Assembly (NCBI RefSeq): GCF_006345805.1
Contig: NC_042998.1
Location: 55,056,001-55,120,000 of the forward strand
Length of the DNA: 64,000 nt
Reading direction: 5' to 3'
Source: Octopus sinensis
Lineage: Eukaryota
The notes under the pieces were generated by a model. The model was not told the DNA's origin. It was given only the letters and a program-made list of their open reading frames with translations, and did not search any database. Of this stretch, positions 39,790-51,815 are shown piece by piece; the stretch's first letter is position 1; each line of letters starts with the position of its first letter. A program made the translations under genes and the position numbers.

Positions 39790-40440
39790 TCTTATTTCTT
39801 TATTGCCCACATGGGGCTAAACATAGAGGGTACAAACAAAGACAGACAAGAGATTAAGTCGATTACATCGACCTCAGTGCGTAAATGGTACTTAATTTAT
39901 CAATCCCGAAAGGATGAAAGGCAAAGCCAACCTCGGTGGAGTTTGAACTGAGAATGTAACGGTAGACGAAATACCTATTTCTTTACTACTCACAAGGGGC
40001 TAAACACAGAGGGGACAAACAAGGACAGACAAACGGATTAAGTACTTATTTAATCGACCCCGAAAGGATGAAAGGCAAAGTCGACCTCGGCGGAATTTGA
40101 ACTCAGAACATAGCCGCAGGCGAAATACCGCTAAGCATTTCGCTCGGCGTGCTAACGTTTCTGCCAACTCGCCGCCTTTTTTCAGTTTCTATCTATCAAG
40201 TCCACTCATAAGACATTGGTCGGTCCGAGGCTGTAGTAGAAGACACTTGCCCAAGGTGCCATGCAGTGGGACTGAACCCGGAATCATGTGGTCAGGAAGC
40301 AAGCTTCTTACCACATGGCCACGCACATGTTTCAGTCATTGGACTGTAGCTATGCTGAGGGATCACCTTGAAGTGTTTTAGTCGAACCGAACGAAGCGAA
40401 CCAATACTTAATCTTTAAAACCTGGTACTTATTCTATCGG
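39790..40440 (-). mobile_element. Tandem SINE family B units (39790-40158) followed by SINE family A (40162-40440)
   Basis: Sequence similarity to copies above. Confidence 0.85.
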
Positions 40441-40445
40441 TATTT

Positions 40446-40536
40446 TTTCACACAAATAGTATAGGATAAGTATTGACTCTCTCAACCGGCACCGAGGTGA
40501 GAGAGTCAATATGCATCCTGTATCATTTGTGTGAAA
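40446..40536. repeat. Short imperfect hairpin (about 39-bp arms, 13-nt loop)
   Basis: TTTCACACAAAT..ATTGACTCTCTCA / TGAGAGAGTCAAT..ATTTGTGTGAAA. Confidence 0.85.
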
Positions 40537-40707
40537 CATCCTAAATATTAGATTTATTTTAAATTCACCCGCAGAAAACTTTTTTTACATGATGGAATTG
40601 ATTTGTTCATCAATAACAACACGTCTGAAACAGCTGTAGTGAACCTCACCTCATTTGTGTTATAAATTACATATACGTGTGAGCGTGCGCGCGTATATAT
40701 ATGTGTG

Positions 40708-40740
<33 letters not shown>

Positions 40741-40894
40741 ATACATATCTGTACGTATCTATATATGCATATATACGTATATGTACATACATATAAATTT
40801 ATATAAATAAAGATAACATCGTTATTTAAAATACCGATCATATCAGGTGGCTAGCATGGGAATTATTACCTCAAAGGTAATAATTATTATTAAA

Positions 40895-41350
40895 ATTATA
40901 ATTAAGGGTATTTAAGAGATAATACCATGTTAGATATAGCAGCCAAAATTTGACTCTAAAACCCACATCAAATGTTCATAGAGCACCAGGAGAGAAGACA
41001 AAGAGACAAAATAAACTAACAAAAAAAAAGCCAATTGTTGGCTCTGCATAAACTGGTCGTGTGCATACATGCATATAAGTGTATGTATACGTGCGTATAT
41101 GTAAGTATTCGTATGTTGTGTATATATATATATGTGTACCATTTGCGTATATTCCACTGATGAAGGCAAAGCATTCCTTATGCAAAGTCAGAAATCCGGG
41201 ATCTGGAATTATCCATTTTTTTTTTGCTAGTTTATTTTGTCTCTTTATCTTATCTCCTGGTGCTGTATGAACATTTAATGTGGTTTTAGAGTCAAGTTTT
41301 TGCTGCTATATCTAGCATGGTGGTATCTCTTAGATACCCTTAATTATAAT
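40895..41350. mobile_element. Inverted PLE-type terminal repeats (135-bp arms 40895-41029 and 41216-41350) around a hammerhead-containing spacer
   Basis: Arms align in reverse complement with scattered substitutions; the same end sequence GGTATCTCTTAGATACCCTTAATTATAATT recurs at about 32274. Confidence 0.75.
41151..41209 (+). ncRNA. Type I hammerhead ribozyme-like motif
   Basis: Helix I ATTCCA/TGGAAT (6 bp), CTGATGA, helix II GGC/GTC plus GCAT/ATGC, GAA, helix III ATC/GAT, AUC triplet (cut 41203/41204); extra A before G12. Confidence 0.65.
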
Positions 41351-41586
41351 ATGTACATACATATGTATATATGGGTACAGGACGTCATAGAACATAACAT
41401 GAAATACGAATACGAAAACATGGAATACGAACATTTTTTTTTACGAACAACGAAAGAAACAAATGGAAAATAAGACAAGCAACAGAAAGAACAACCCTTC
41501 ATCAGTTATCGGCTGTTTTTCTACTCCGTATTTCGACCAATTCATGACTGAACGCCACGCATCAATTTCCAAGTAAGTTTTATATA

Positions 41587-42179
41587 TCAGGTCATCCCAT
41601 AAGTTCTGTCCGAATTTTGAATAAAGAAAACAAGTGATCAAATGTTATATTTAATTGAAATTTAATCATCAATGTACTTTCCCTGATTATCTATGACTTC
41701 CTTCCATCTATTTACAAGCTTTTAATCCCATCAGTGTAAAATTCTTTTGGTTTCAAAGCGAAGAACTCTAAAATGTTAGTTTCGACCTCCTCCTGGCTTG
41801 CGAAAGTTATGTCCCCTAAATGATACTGTAAACTACGAAACAAATGGTAGTGTGAAGGAGCAAGGTCAGGAGAAAAAGGTGGATGAGGAATTTTTTCCCA
41901 ACCAAACTCTTCGATCTTCTGTGATGTGATCTTTGTTGTGTGGGGTCACGCATTTTCCTGATGAAACAACACTCCTTTTCGATTCAGTAAAGCGGGTCTT
42001 TTTTTTCTTCAAAGCTTGGTTCAAACGCTCTAATTACTGACAGTAGACTTGAGCATTGATTGTTGCATTAGGTGATAACAATTCAAAGTGAATTATTCCA
42101 TTAGACATTCTAAAATACTATCAAATTTCATTCAATTTTAAAATAGGTAAAATCGGACAGAACTTATGGGATAACTTGA
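41587..42179 (-). mobile_element. Internally deleted mariner transposon, both TIRs, TA TSD, transposase C-terminal remnant
   Basis: TA|TCAGGTCATCCCATAAGTTCTGTCCGA ... TCGGACAGAACTTATGGGATAACTTGA|TA; minus translation GIIHFELL..VLFHQENA*PH..HPPFSPDLAPSHYHLFRSLQ. Confidence 0.92.
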
Positions 42180-43422
42180 TATATATATATATATATATAA
42201 ATGTATGCATGCATGCATGCATGCATACATACATACATACATACATACATACATACATACATACATACATACATACGACGGGTTTCTTTCGGTTTCTGTC
42301 TAACAAATACAATCACATGGTTTGTAAATTCAAGCCAACAAACGTATAAAAAAATAGTTTTAAAACTTCGAAAGTTCTGCATACAACACAAATCATTGTA
42401 TTTTTTTTCTTCTAAGTACCGACGCAAGTATTTTTTTAGACCGATTCTTGATCCTCTTGAGCGAGCATCGACGAAATTAAGAAGGATGAGAATATATATC
42501 TATAAAGACAGACAAGCTGAAAGCTGTAGAAGGAAATGGATACATACGAAGATAAGAGAAAATAGCAAAGCATAGATAGTGGGGCAGGCCAACAAAAAAG
42601 AAAAGAAACACACACATATACATGCTGGTGGATGGATGGATACAGAAACAGGCGAAGTATTCGAAATACAATGATGGATAAACTGTTGAAATTGGAAAGA
42701 ATGAAACGAAGGCTGATAAGATGAAAAAAAAAAAAAAACAAACAAAAAAAACAAGGAGCGTAAAACTATAATTTAGGAATACATCGATCAACGGTGTAAA
42801 GAAATCTGAATTCGGTAAACATATCATTTACCATATGCTGGAAATTTCGATAAGAATTTAATTTTCTCGAAAGACTGTTGAGAAGGAAAGAGAGAGAAAA
42901 TGAGAGAGGGGGGAGTGAGAGAGAGAGAAAAATACCAAGTTAATGCTATTCTGGAAAGTTGAGATAAAGAAAAGCAAAGTTGTTACTCGGTTCACAAACA
43001 CACTAAAATTAGAAAGGAGAGACTGGATGAAAATAAAGCGACGGTGAATGAGAGAGAGAGAGGAGAGAAAATGGAAGGATCTAGGTGTCTCTAGAATGGA
43101 AACTAGAAGAAAAGAATGTGATGTGGAACACAAAACAACTTAGATAAAAGGAAAAAAAAACGTATCTTAGAATTTGGCGTAACCGCATGAAGAAAATAAA
43201 AGCCATGTCAAAATTTCATATTTAAAAAAAAATTGTGAAGATTTCGTTATAACCAAGCGAGATATTATATGAGTAATAAATCATTACATATAAAACACGA
43301 ATAACAATATTTTATCTACATGATTATTTTCAGATTTTAATAATAGATGCGGTTTGTAAAAAGGCCAAAGGCTTTATGATATGAAGATGCTGACAAAAAC
43401 AATTATCCAACACGTAGAATTG

Positions 43423-43622
43423 GTTTCAAATTTTGGCACAGAGCCAGCAATTTCGGGGAAGGGATAAATCGATTACAAGCTCAACTGGTACTTATTTTAT
43501 CGACCGCGAAAAGATGAAAGGCAAAGTCAACCTAGGAGGAATTTGAACTCAGAACGTAAAGACGGACGAAATGCCGCTAGACATTTTGCCCGGAGTAGTA
43601 ACGATTTTGTCAGTTCGCCGCT
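43423..43622 (-). mobile_element. SINE family B variant
   Basis: Core match; alternative GGCACAAGGCC-type tail. Confidence 0.8.
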
Positions 43623-43893
43623 TTATCCAAAACGTAGAATTAATATATAGCTGCATTGTTTTAAACCACATCTTTTTGGATGCGTGACAGTTAAAATGAA
43701 AATCCTGAATAGGCTTCAGGCCGTTTATGGTTACTTGGTTAGAAGATTTGAATCACGGGATCGAATGAAATTGCAGTAAATGTATGATACCCGATGATCA
43801 CTGTTGGAATAACTTCACTCAGAGGTCCGCTCAGCCAGGATAGACCAGGGCTGCACAACAAAAGCAATAGTTCATAAACACCGTTATTAGGAG

Positions 43894-44228
43894 GAGACCC
43901 CTTCGGTCATGAATGACCGTGGGATTGCACCTAGAAAGTTACCCTCCGAGGCACAAGTCAGGGCAAGATTGTTTATGGAAGGCCAGCAGTCACCCATGCA
44001 TACCAACCTCCTCTCTCCACACCAGTGATGTTATCCAAAGGAAAGGCAAAGGCCGATACAGCTTGGCACCAGTGATGTCGCAACTCATTTCTACAGCTGA
44101 GTTAACTGGAGCAACGTGAAATAAAGTGTCTTGCTCAAGAACACAACACACAGCCCGGTCTGAGAATCGAACTCACAACCTCACGATTGTAAGCTCTCAC
44201 CTCTAACCACTGAGTCATGCGCCTTCAC
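43894..44228 (-). mobile_element. SINE family C, full length
   Basis: Paralogue of 12918-13251; CGTTATTA on both flanks. Confidence 0.9.
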
Positions 44229-45984
44229 ACGTCGTTATTAATAAGCAACAAAACAAATGTTATTTAATCCTTCTTTTACGCAGACATAAAGCATCCAGAA
44301 CTACATTATCGAATGTATCCTTTCTCCTTTAAAATAGCAGGATGTAATTTGTTGGAGATTTGGCTGCTATTTCCACTAGGTCAAGCGACCGCTTAGAGCA
44401 GGTTTGAGAAATTTTTTGGTACCCAGCGCTTTTTTTCAAATACATGAGAATCTGTGAGAGCACGTACGTGTTGAGAAAAATAGATTTTTAATTTTGCAAT
44501 TCCAAATCTAATATTAAATTACTATTTTGGTCTTTAAACTAAAACCGCTTTCTGTTTTCTTTTTTTTTTTTCATATAAATTATTGGAGTAGACGGCTTTA
44601 AATAAGAATCCAGATGAGGAGTCTACCACCCGTTAATGTGATATTCTTCATATTAGTAATTCTTGATGTTGATTACTATTTTTATCGGTAATTTATGAGT
44701 TATCTAAGGAGGCGAGAATCGTTAACATGCTGGTCAGAATACTTAGCTGCATTTCATCCATTTTTGCGTTCTGAGTTCAAATTCCTCCGAAGTCGACTTT
44801 GCCTTTTATCCTTTCGGGGTCGATAAATTGAGCACCAGATGAACACTGGGGTTGATGTAACCAATTTATCAGTCATCTAATCAACCATCCTACACTCTTA
44901 TAGTAAGTGCAGGAACAAATTTTTTCAGCGTGATTCAAACCCAGGTCTGAAATTTTTTACAAACAAGGCCGATTTTTTTCAAACTTGATCTCAAAAGAAG
45001 CACTGATATAATGATCCATTCTACTATAGGCAAAAGGCCTGACATTTTTAGGGGTTAGAGCTAAGTCAATAACATCAGCTCCAATACTTAACTGGGTCAT
45101 CGAGCCCGAAAGGATGAAAGGCAAAGTTGACCTGGATCTATTCCATCTCAGTCACAGATGTTTTAATTAATTTTTTTTTTAACTAAACAGTTTGAAACTC
45201 CGAATACTGGTAGAATGTCTCACGTAGAACACGGTTTACTCTGAACGTTTTTTTTACAAAATTTCGTATTTTAGAAGTTATTTCGTGTTAAAGTTGTCGT
45301 ACTTGGTTAATTTCCACCAATCAGCAACGTGTATTCGGTTGAAGAAAGTTGCTGCTGTTTGTGATAATAATCGAACAGGAACAACTTCCGGGTCCTTTCG
45401 ACTAAATGTCACCACTCTGTTCTATTCGTATGGCGAGCGAAGACGATACCACTTTTATCCTTTCTTCCTTTCTAGTCAGCACCGTGCACCCTTTACTCTT
45501 TCCCTGCCTTCTACACTATCAACTAGCAACCAACGAGCGAACTTGTCACTGCCACTACAATTACCGTATTTTCTGGTGTATAAGCTGCTATTTGTTTTGT
45601 TTTACCTTCATGTTTTGATAATGTTATTTTTAATCTAATAAAGACTTTTATATTGACGAAAAGTGTTTGTTGTTAATTATAGTAAGATAAAATCATGACA
45701 ATAACAATACAATCACATAGTTGTAAAATAAAGCATTTTGAAACTACATATACGTCAAAAACAAAAGAAGCTAGCTGCGGACTCGTTGCTCGATAGGTCT
45801 TTTAAACACCGACGTCGGGCAAACGAATAAATATATGTAAATGATATTTCTTCCTTCTTGGTGTTGATTTTTCGATGGTTTTGATTCTTCGAACAGAGTG
45901 GTGACATTTAGCAGATTCAAACTGTTTAGTAAAAAAAAATTCAAAAATCAATAATTTAGATCGAATACATCCAATACCTATTTC

Positions 45985-46480
45985 TTTACTACCCACAAGG
46001 GGCTACACACAGCGGGGACAAACAAGGACAGACAAACGGATTAAGTCGATTACATTGACCCCAGTGCGTAACTGGTACTTATTTAATCGACCCCGAAAGG
46101 ATGAAAGGCAAAGTCGACCCCGGCGGAATTTGAACTCAGAACGTAACGGCAGACGAAATACAGCTACGCATTTCGCCCGGCGTGCTAACATTTCTGCCAG
46201 CTCGCCGCCTTTACAAATATAATAAATATTATTATCATTATACCTGCTTTTAAGGCGGTGAACTGACTGAATCGTTAGCACGCCGGACAAAAATTCTTAG
46301 CTACATTTTGTTCGTCTTTACGTTCCTAGTTCAAATTCGATCAAAACAATTTGTGATTGAGATGGAATAGATCCTCTTCCATCCTTTCGAGGTCGATAAA
46401 ATAAGTACCAGCTAAACAGTGAGGTCGATGTAATCGACTCATCCCACCTCCCCCAAGCTGTCCTTGTGACAAAAATTTGA
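45985..46480. mobile_element. Back-to-back SINE family B copies (minus 45985-46211; plus about 46250-46480)
   Basis: Core matches on opposite strands; the plus copy carries a short foreign insert at 46340-46374. Confidence 0.8.
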
Positions 46481-46761
46481 AATAATTATTATTATATTTG
46501 TACATCGTTCACATCAGATAAATCCAATAACGGCAAAGTAATGTTTCAAATACACCCAAAAATGTTTGTTCGTTTTCGCGATGATGTTTTTCAGGAGGAT
46601 GTCCACTGCGTTTTCATTACCCACAAGCGTTTTCATCGCCCCATCAAAATTTTAGGAGCTGCTCTCAGATCCCTGCACCGCTTGCACCTCCTGTTTCCGG
46701 CACGATGATTTTTTATAGTTTCTTAAACGGTGCTCCACAAAGAGTATCTAGGAGCCTCGCC

Positions 46762-47917
46762 GTAGGTATCTAGATGCATCACAACGGGTATCTAGATGCA
46801 TCGCAACGGGTATTTAGATGCATCACAACGGGTATCTAGGTGTGTTACATTAGAAATCTAGATGTACCGCAGGGGGGTATCTAAGTGCAACGCGGAACTT
46901 TTCAAAATATAATTAAAAGCGCAGAAAATGCATGTTAATGCTTGCAACTTTTATCTTTTACTTGTTCTAGTCTCTGAACAGCGGGCATGCTGGGACATCA
47001 CATTGAGAGGTACCTCATAAAATATGTTACCAATAATTTCTTCTTTGATATAAAGTCAGCGGGCTAGCATAATCGTTAGCACGCCGGCCGAAAGGGCAAG
47101 CGCATTTCGTTCATCTTGATGTTCTGAGCTCAAATTCCGCTGAGCTCGACTTTTTGAGTTCAAATTCTTCCGAGTTTGATTTTTTAAAATTTTGCCTTTC
47201 ATACTTTCGAGGTCTATAAATTAAGCACCAGTTTTTTTGTTGTTGTCGTTTTTATTATTATTATTTATTATTTTTTTTTTGTTATAAAGGCGACGGGCTG
47301 GCAGAATCGTTAGCAAGCCGGGTAAAATACCTAGCAGTATTTCGTCCGTCTTTACGCTCTGAGCTCAAATTCCGTCGAGGTCGACTTTGTCTTTCATCCT
47401 TTTGGGGTCGATAAAATAAGTACCAGTTGAGTACTGGGTCGATGTAATCGACTTACTCCCAAAATTGTTGATTTGTGCCAAAATTTGAAACCAATAATTC
47501 TGTTACACACAACTATAGTTAATAAAACAAACTTAGGAAAAGTTTTTTTTATATAAAATATAAGGAACTTACTAAACTTTAAGCTTTAAAACATTAAAAA
47601 AAATACATTCTATGCAAAGTGAACTAGTAACTTTTAATTAGGCCTCGGTGTGTCACGAACTCAAAATTATTAAGAATCGTTGCTTGACTTTTATCACAGG
47701 CCATGATACCCGTTCAGTAGCTAGAACAAGTAAAAGATTAAAATTAAAAGAGATACTTAAGCATTAACATGCATTTTCTGGGCGTTCGATTATATTTTGA
47801 AAAGTTCCGTGTTGCATTTAGATACCCACTGCGGTACATCTAGATTTCTAATGTAACACACCTAGATACCCGTGGTGATGCAGCTAGATACCCGTTGTGG
47901 TGCATCTAGATACCTAC
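46762..47917. mobile_element. Fold-back element: 160-180-bp TIRs containing tandem 22-bp repeats, SINEs in the interior
   Basis: Left arm 46762-46943, right arm 47759-47917; unit GGGTATCTAGATGCATCACAAC, about 3 copies left and 2 right; no TSD seen. Confidence 0.8.
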
Positions 47918-48233
47918 CTTCCAACCCCCGCAAACATTCACACTTTCACCCCTTCCTTGTATGTACATGACGTATAACGAATTAAAACACTTGGATTGGT
48001 AGATCTAACACATCGTCAGGTTTAAATGCTATCAGTTGGTTCTGGGGTACATAGTTCAGTGTGTGGTAAGCCGTCATTGATCTGTAGATATTCGGACTAT
48101 GCATTGACTCTATAACTTTCACTAGTCAAGGCTTGTAGAGATCATAAACACCAACCTTGACGCTGTTTTATTAGTCTATACAAGCGGATGACTAGCAAAT
48201 AGCCTGAATAAAGCTTCAGTTTAATTCAATGTA

Positions 48234-48590
48234 CAGGGTAGTTCGAAAGTCTTCTCACCACCTGTAAATATTGTTTTAATTTTTTCTATTATCAAGAAGT
48301 TTCACAAGAGCGATATCAGAATACCCAAGAGTTGAAGGACGCTGTTTTGACAGCCTTTGCAACAATCACCAAAGCATAGCTTCATAAAATATCACACAGG
48401 ACATGGTGCCTCATCATTTTGTACCACGAAAGTGATGGTGTTCATACAGACCTTCTCGATGTGTGACAGTGTCAGCATCAATGAAAGTGAATTTACTAAA
48501 ACCAGTACATGTGTTTGATATTGTAATATTGTTCCTCAATTGTTCTTGTTAATTTTCGGTAGCAGGTGACAAGACTTTCTGACCACCCTA
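48234..48590 (+). mobile_element. Tc1/mariner non-autonomous element with TIRs, TA TSD and transposase C-terminal trace
   Basis: TA|CAGGGTAGTTCGAAAGTCTTCTCACC ... GGTGACAAGACTTTCTGACCACCCTA|TA; QELKDAVLTAFATIT..DGVHTD. Confidence 0.7.
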
Positions 48591-49009
48591 TACTCTGGTC
48601 ACATTTCTTGATAATACGTTTTTTCAGAGTTTCATTATAGACTAGAGGACCCGTGAATATTTCACAGAATTAACGGTAAACTTATTGAGTTATTTCTGAA
48701 AACTTTATCCCCAAACCTGAAAGCGTAGCCTGTGTTGTGTCTGTATCAAACGATAGTTGTTCATCCGCTAATCATTGAAAAGTGAGGGAAACTGGAATAC
48801 GATGATTCCTTAATGCACTTTATATATACACGTTTTATATTTATACACAATTCTATAAACTTAATACACAACACTCTCCCTCTTTCTCTCCCACTCTTCA
48901 CCTTACCTTCTTTTTCTCCTTTTTCTCTCGTGCTTCGTCTTTCCTTTCAACTAATGACGTGAAAGCGTTATAGACGAACTATGTAACGGAAGAAAAAAAA
49001 ACATTTCAC

Positions 49010-49322
49010 TCACCGACATCTCTCCTCCCTTTCCCCTCCCCCCCCCCTCACAGCCTGCTCGTGAAATAACCATGCAAGTGGCTGAGCACTTCACAGACAC
49101 GTGTACCCTTAACGTAGTTTTCAGGGAGATTTCGTGCAACACAGAATGTGACAAGGCTCGCCCTTTGAAATACAGGTACTACTCAATTTTGCCAGATGAG
49201 TGGACTGGAGCAACGTGAAATAAAGTGTTTTGCTCAAGGACGCAAAGCGTCGCCGGGAATTGAACTCACAACCTTACGATCGTGAGCCGAATACCCCTTA
49301 TGACCAAGCCACGTGCCTTCAC
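49010..49322 (-). mobile_element. Chimeric SINE: family C/D-type head and core with family E-type tail
   Basis: 49190-49322 matches the C/D head and core; 49010-49175 matches the tail of 13991-14358. Confidence 0.8.
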
Positions 49323-49354
49323 ACATACACATACACATGCACACACACACACAC

Positions 49355-49490
49355 GTATGTATGTATGTATGTATGTATGTATGTATGTATGTATGTATGT
49401 ATGTATGTATGTATGTATGTATGTATGTATGTATGTATGTATGTATGTATGTATGTATGTATGTATGTATGTATGTATGTATGTATGTAT
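49355..49490. repeat. (TATG)n microsatellite
   Basis: Direct reading, more than 30 units. Confidence 0.95.
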
Positions 49491-49491
49491 A

Positions 49492-49937
49492 GAGGGTGCG
49501 GTGTATAAACTGTTGTCTAAATTACCCAAAATGAAAATAACACTGACATTTCATTTTAGCAGATATATTTACCAAAATTACATAAAAATATCGTGAAACC
49601 CTAAAGAGTAAATTTATTCAATATAATCAACATTGGCTTCAATCACGGCCTCCAGACTACTTCGGAATCTCCTGCAACTCTTCTGGACGGTTTCCTTGTT
49701 TAAGTTGGTGAATGCTGCCATTATCCTTGCCTTTAGCTCATCTTTGGTGTTACTAAGTGTTTTGGTGATCTCTTGCTCAACTGCGCCCCACACATAATAA
49801 TCAAGGGGTTGCGATCGGGGGAATTAGGTGGCCAGATGTTAGGGGTGATATGGTCGCAGAAATTGTCTGACAGTCATGACTGGGTTCCCCTGATGGTGTA
49901 GCATAGTGCAGAGTCCTGTTGCCAGATATAGGGTACA
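49492..49937 (-). mobile_element. Tc1/mariner-superfamily transposase 3' remnant with right TIR
   Basis: Minus: PYIWQQDSA..WPPNSPDRNP/LDYYVWGAVE..DELKARIMAAF..RFRSSLEAVIEAN; related ends at 31410-31540 and 33438-33468. Confidence 0.88.
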
Positions 49938-50101
49938 TCAATTTCTCCATTTTCTTCTTTTTTCTCATTCATAAGTATTTTAAATATTAATATACATCAA
50001 TGCAAAATTAAAGCATTTAGTTTTCACTGACCACTGATATAAACCGGAGAACTAGGGATGTAAACATCCCTTACAGGATTATAGGTCCTTGGCATGATTG
50101 T

Positions 50102-50129
<28 letters not shown>

Positions 50130-50139
<10 letters not shown>

Positions 50140-50345
50140 TTGTGTGTCCCACCACCGTTTGACAATTCATGTTGGTGTTATTATAGTCTATAACTTAGCG
50201 GTTCGGTAAAAGAGATTTATAAAATAAGTACCGGGCTTTAAAAAGATAAGTACTGAATCGATTCGTTTGACTAAAAATTTTTCAATGTGGTGCCCCAGCA
50301 TGGCGGCAGCCGAATGACTAAAACAAGTAAATAACAAAAGATAAA
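50130..50345 (+). mobile_element. SINE family A, 3' half
   Basis: Tail similarity. Confidence 0.75.
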
Positions 50346-51393
50346 CCAAATGCTTGTTTGTATTCAGCTCCGTATTCCGTCCAGCTAACACTGATCTTTG
50401 TAAAATACAATATAATTATTGCTATTAAAGCTTGCGAGGTGAAGAAAACTTCTATCAGAAGCCTTTTAAGAACTTTACAGCATTCATAGAACAGCTCTGA
50501 AGAAGAAAAAAAACATAAATTTTGGCAAAATTCACATTCTAAATGCCTTAACAAGTGTAAAAGTTCAATATTAATCAGAGATTCTTTTTTAATTAATGTA
50601 ATCCATTAAATCCCTGACTGAAACGATGGAATTCTAATGAAGAATAGTGTTGGGCTAGTGTTGCTAGCATATCCTATTTTGTCTTTGTGACAGCTGTTCA
50701 TCAAATGTCATGTTATTATATTTCACTGGCTAAACGAAATGCATAATGCCTTACAGAAACAAAAGTTCTACTTTGTTTCCTTTAAAATTTATCATCTCTC
50801 ATTCTTCAGCTCATTTCCTTTAATGTTTTGATGAAGTCCAAGTTCAATTTTCCATAGCTTTTCATCTCATCTACAAAGCTAATGTTCAGCATGATAGCGA
50901 AATGTTAAATTGATGTAGTTTGAAATATTAATCCTTTAAGAAAAAATTAAATAAACGAAAAGAAAAATTGCATTTTGGACATGTCACAATAGATTTATTG
51001 AAGAATCAATAAAGAAATTCTCGTTGAAAGTAATCGTAAAGCAATTTACAGCATGGATAGTTTGACCAATAAAAGGGAGAAAAAGAGTGGTACATAAATA
51101 TTCAAGAGCTGGACCGTTAGGACAGTAGTTCAAAGCTTGTTCAAAGACTATTAATCTGCCAAGAGCTATATCATTGCTCGTAACGCGCACAGACACACAC
51201 ATCTTTTCCTTCTTCTTGTTGCGACTGCCGCAAATAAACGTCGAGGTACCATTCCAGACGCTCTGTTAGTCGGCAGTTTTCACAGCTCCCTTTTCCTCGA
51301 GACGCATAGAAGGGCCTCGCTGTTGCGACCTCTCAAGACTTTAATGTTACCAGACCATATACACAATCTCTCTCTCTCTTATATATATATATA

Positions 51394-51461
51394 CTGTTGT
51401 GTCTGGGGAGAGTCATTCTCTTTTAGTGCCTTAAGAGAATGACTCTCCCCAGACACAACAG
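51394..51461. repeat. Perfect hairpin, 29-bp arms, 10-nt loop
   Basis: CTGTTGTGTCTGGGGAGAGTCATTCTCTT / AAGAGAATGACTCTCCCCAGACACAACAG. Confidence 0.95.
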
Positions 51462-51716
51462 AATATGCTTCAACACACGAACTCATATAAAGAATCTTGC
51501 AAACCAAATCCCAAAACGAAATATATATATATATATATATATATATCTTAATGATAATAATCTATGGATGGAATTTTGTATGTATTTTAATTATAAATGC
51601 AGCCATTGATTATTTTGGTTTGGCTCAGGTTCGGTCTTATTCCTGGTAGGAATTATGTGGATAACGGGTTACTACCTATATATAACCTTAGGTATCCACA
51701 GGTTTTCAGCAGTCTT

Positions 51717-51815
51717 TCAAATGCTTAGAACCCTCTTGATAATCTTTGCTGTCCCTAAGAGACAAACTTTGTGTAGGAGCTCTACTAGGCATTCTGTTTC
51801 AATCTCCTTCAACCA
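51717..51815 (-). mobile_element. REL-endonuclease non-LTR retrotransposon (R4/Dong-like) extreme 3' coding remnant
   Basis: Minus: WLKEIETECLVELLHKVCLLGTAKIIKRVLSI*, matching the terminal motif LQKxxLLGTARILRxVL. Confidence 0.7.

Noticed and set aside
41490-41545. GAAA...CTGATGA on minus strand (related at 11800-11830 plus and 4310-4365 minus) as a type II hammerhead
   Set aside because: Helix I and helix II do not pair and U16.1 is missing in the best helix III register
45320-45640. Promoter-like cluster (CCAAT, ACTTCCGG, ATGGCG) with a short ORF
   Set aside because: Lies inside a TIR-element-related segment, and the ORF has no donor or homology
46762-46850. 22-bp direct repeats as a CRISPR array
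   Set aside because: No unique spacers, eukaryotic context, and mirrored in the opposite TIR
50757-50937. Minus-strand segment with plausible splice sites (and acceptor at about 50505)
   Set aside because: Stops in all frames from the acceptor; cannot be joined to other candidate exons
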